Shown here piece after piece: positions 62,369 through 64,000 of a stretch of DNA of 64,000 bases; within the stretch, counting starts at the first letter, position 1; every line of letters starts with the position of its first letter. This DNA comes from a virus (taxonomy: Duplodnaviria; Caudoviricetes). Both the position numbers and the translations under genes were made by a program. The stretch lies in the IMG/VR virus record IMGVR_UViG_3300044856_000241, positions 32,001 to 96,000 of that record; one strand, given 5' to 3'. Under the pieces are notes generated by a model that had not been told where the DNA came from, ran no database searches, and saw nothing but the letters and a program-made list of their open reading frames with translations.

Positions 62369-62785
62369 TCATTTCACAATATCAAAAACAGTCTTACTGT
62401 CAATTTCTCCAACCATTTCAAATACTTTCTCGACTGGATATCCTGCTCTCAGGAAATTATTAATTTCTCGAAGATAATATAAATATTCTTCTATAATAAA
62501 ATTGTCCGAACACTTCTTTAATGCCACTAATATCGCTTCATCCATTGTCTTTTCGTCAGACAATTCAGCAATTTTCATCAACAGGTATCCTTCTTCCCAT
62601 CCAGTCTTCTGTTTAAACTGTTTGACCCGTTCTTCTGCTAACTTCCTGATTTTATTAGTAAGACCAGTTACTCCTTTGATACGTTCATCAATCCAATCAA
62701 AAGAATTATTCTCATTAGAATGTTTGTCACCATGTCTGATATATTTTTCACCTGTTGCGCTGTTACTTTTTCTATTCTCTGCTAT
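62369..62785 (-). CDS. Hypothetical protein with probable ATA start
   Basis: Frame is open for 68 codons upstream of the listed start, up to an ATA 5 nt after GAGGTG. Confidence 0.5.
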   Translation of the reverse strand: MAENRKSNSATGEKYIRHGDKHSNENNSFDWIDERIKGVTGLTNKIRKLAEERVKQFKQKTGWEEGYLLMKIAELSDEKTMDEAILVALKKCSDNFIIEEYLYYLREINNFLRAGYPVEKVFEMVGEIDSKTVFDIVK

Positions 62786-63296
62786 ACTATCACCTCACTT
62801 TCCAGATGAAAGATTACTTCTATCTTTTCCATAAATTTCAGACAATTCGTTCCATACTTTATCATCACCATTGAAGAAGTCTTCTATATCTTTTTGTATC
62901 TCCTGTAATTTTGTCAACGGACACCAATCTGGCTTCTGTAAATAATATCCAAATTCTGTTTTAATCATCCTATATAATGACGGATTGTATACATCACCCG
63001 CCAATTCGCAACAAGAATTCAATCCTTCCCCTAATTCTATACGAAATTTACAACTGGAACAATTTTTTGGATTCTTTGTAACTGATATTGTTTTACTCAT
63101 CGCAAATCCTCCAACTCTCTTTGAATTTCTCTCTTCGTTTCCTTCCGGAATTTCTTTTTGAAAATTCTCCGATTCTTTTTCTTCATTTTTGACCAACCGC
63201 CATGATTATTAGCCCACGTTGCTAATCTTCTGCTAAACCACGACTGACATTTATTGGAGAATTGTCTTCTGCTTATTTCGGATCTCTTACTCATAA

Positions 63297-63578
63297 TTAT
63301 TCTCCTATCAAAATCCATAGCTTCCGTTTCTTGCTTACTTTCAGATTAGAAATAAAGTCCATTTTATCTAAACTGACCATCAGCTGTGGTTTATTTCTTC
63401 TAATCTCACTTATCGACGGATATATGCCAAGATCGACTAAAATTCTTGGTAAGAACCGTTCATCTGTGTAATATGTTTTCTCCGCCTCTACTTTATTCCA
63501 ATCATCTTCATCTGAAGCAAACATCTGCGGCGGCTCCGCTATAGGAGTGCCTATTACAATATTCTCTACGTATGCCAT
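63297..63578 (-). CDS. Hypothetical protein with S4-like RNA-binding motif
   Basis: ILVDLGIYPSISEIRR resembles the S4 L...G...S.SE.RR motif. Confidence 0.35.
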   Translation of the reverse strand: MAYVENIVIGTPIAEPPQMFASDEDDWNKVEAEKTYYTDERFLPRILVDLGIYPSISEIRRNKPQLMVSLDKMDFISNLKVSKKRKLWILIGE

Positions 63579-63998
63579 TTATTTTTCCTTATCAAATTTA
63601 TTGCCAATAACTTCAATATCTCCGAATCTATGCAAGTACCCTATATTATCACCCAATGCACTGTTTTTATTAACGACTTGGAACCCGTATCCTTCATCAT
63701 TTAATTCAACGCAACCAAAATATTCCTCAGTATTACGTGTAAACTTAACTAAATCATTCTCCCAGATCATATTGTCATATACGTCCATAAATTCAGTACA
63801 CTGGCAAAGTGTATCCGGATTAACCTCATACTGTAACATTCTGTTTGGTAGTCCCTAATCTGTCATTGTTTCGTGCAGGATGTAGTGATGTACTGGAACT
63901 GGTGGTACATCTCCAATCGGACAGTATGTTGTCTCAGCCATTTTGTAATAATATCCAGTTACCCATTGACCATTATCTATCTGCTTTGCTTTTACCAT
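63579..63998 (-). pseudogene. YopX-family gene with internal in-frame TAG at 63855-63857 (5' end at or beyond the window edge)
   Basis: KAK.IDNG.WV.G ... MTD*GLPN ... TLCQCT..D...IWENDLV...EVIGN.FD. Confidence 0.7.
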
Positions 63999-64000
63999 GT

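Noticed and set aside
1-64000. Genome-wide TAG recoding (genetic code 15)
   Set aside because: Long genes are intact under code 11 and many end at TAG followed by an RBS; only two internal TAGs were found.
1-64000. Plus-strand ORFs in the track (e.g. 29296..29493, 29506..29844, 41522..41722, 58273..58710)
   Set aside because: They are antisense shadows of minus-strand genes or RNAs with no recognisable motifs.

Overview
AT-rich segment of a large Firmicutes (Lachnospiraceae/Clostridia-like) tailed phage or prophage. Essentially all real genes are on the minus strand. It holds a DNA replication module (DnaE-type polymerase, RecJ/DHH, primase, DnaB helicase, AAA/Sak4-like ATPase, SSB-like protein, ERCC4 nuclease, NAD ligase) and nucleotide metabolism genes (gmk; thyX disrupted by a GIY-YIG endonuclease). 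It also holds tRNA/RNA-repair enzymes (CCA-adding enzyme, RlaP-like nucleotidyltransferase, Thg1, Pth2, phosphoesterases), an NAD-rebuilding cluster, a TerD/P-type ATPase/PspA cluster, a tnpB-only IS200/IS605 element, a circularly permuted C5 methyltransferase and many small hypothetical genes. The standout feature lies at 26.6-29.6 kb. A Ro60-like (DUF2828, vWA-containing) gene is flanked by 14 small structured RNA units, each with a covarying stem followed by ACAGC(A/G)A. Ten are stand-alone hairpins, four of which carry anticodon-loop mimics (Asn, Cys, Lys x2). Four are tRNA bodies with the motif grafted into the anticodon arm, one of them an amber (CUA) tRNA-Tyr derivative with a possible two-state fold. 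This looks like an undescribed Y-RNA-like/tRNA-decoy ribonucleoprotein system. Several single-base frameshifts and in-frame TAGs may reflect decay or assembly error. All family assignments were made by eye from motifs, with no database searches.
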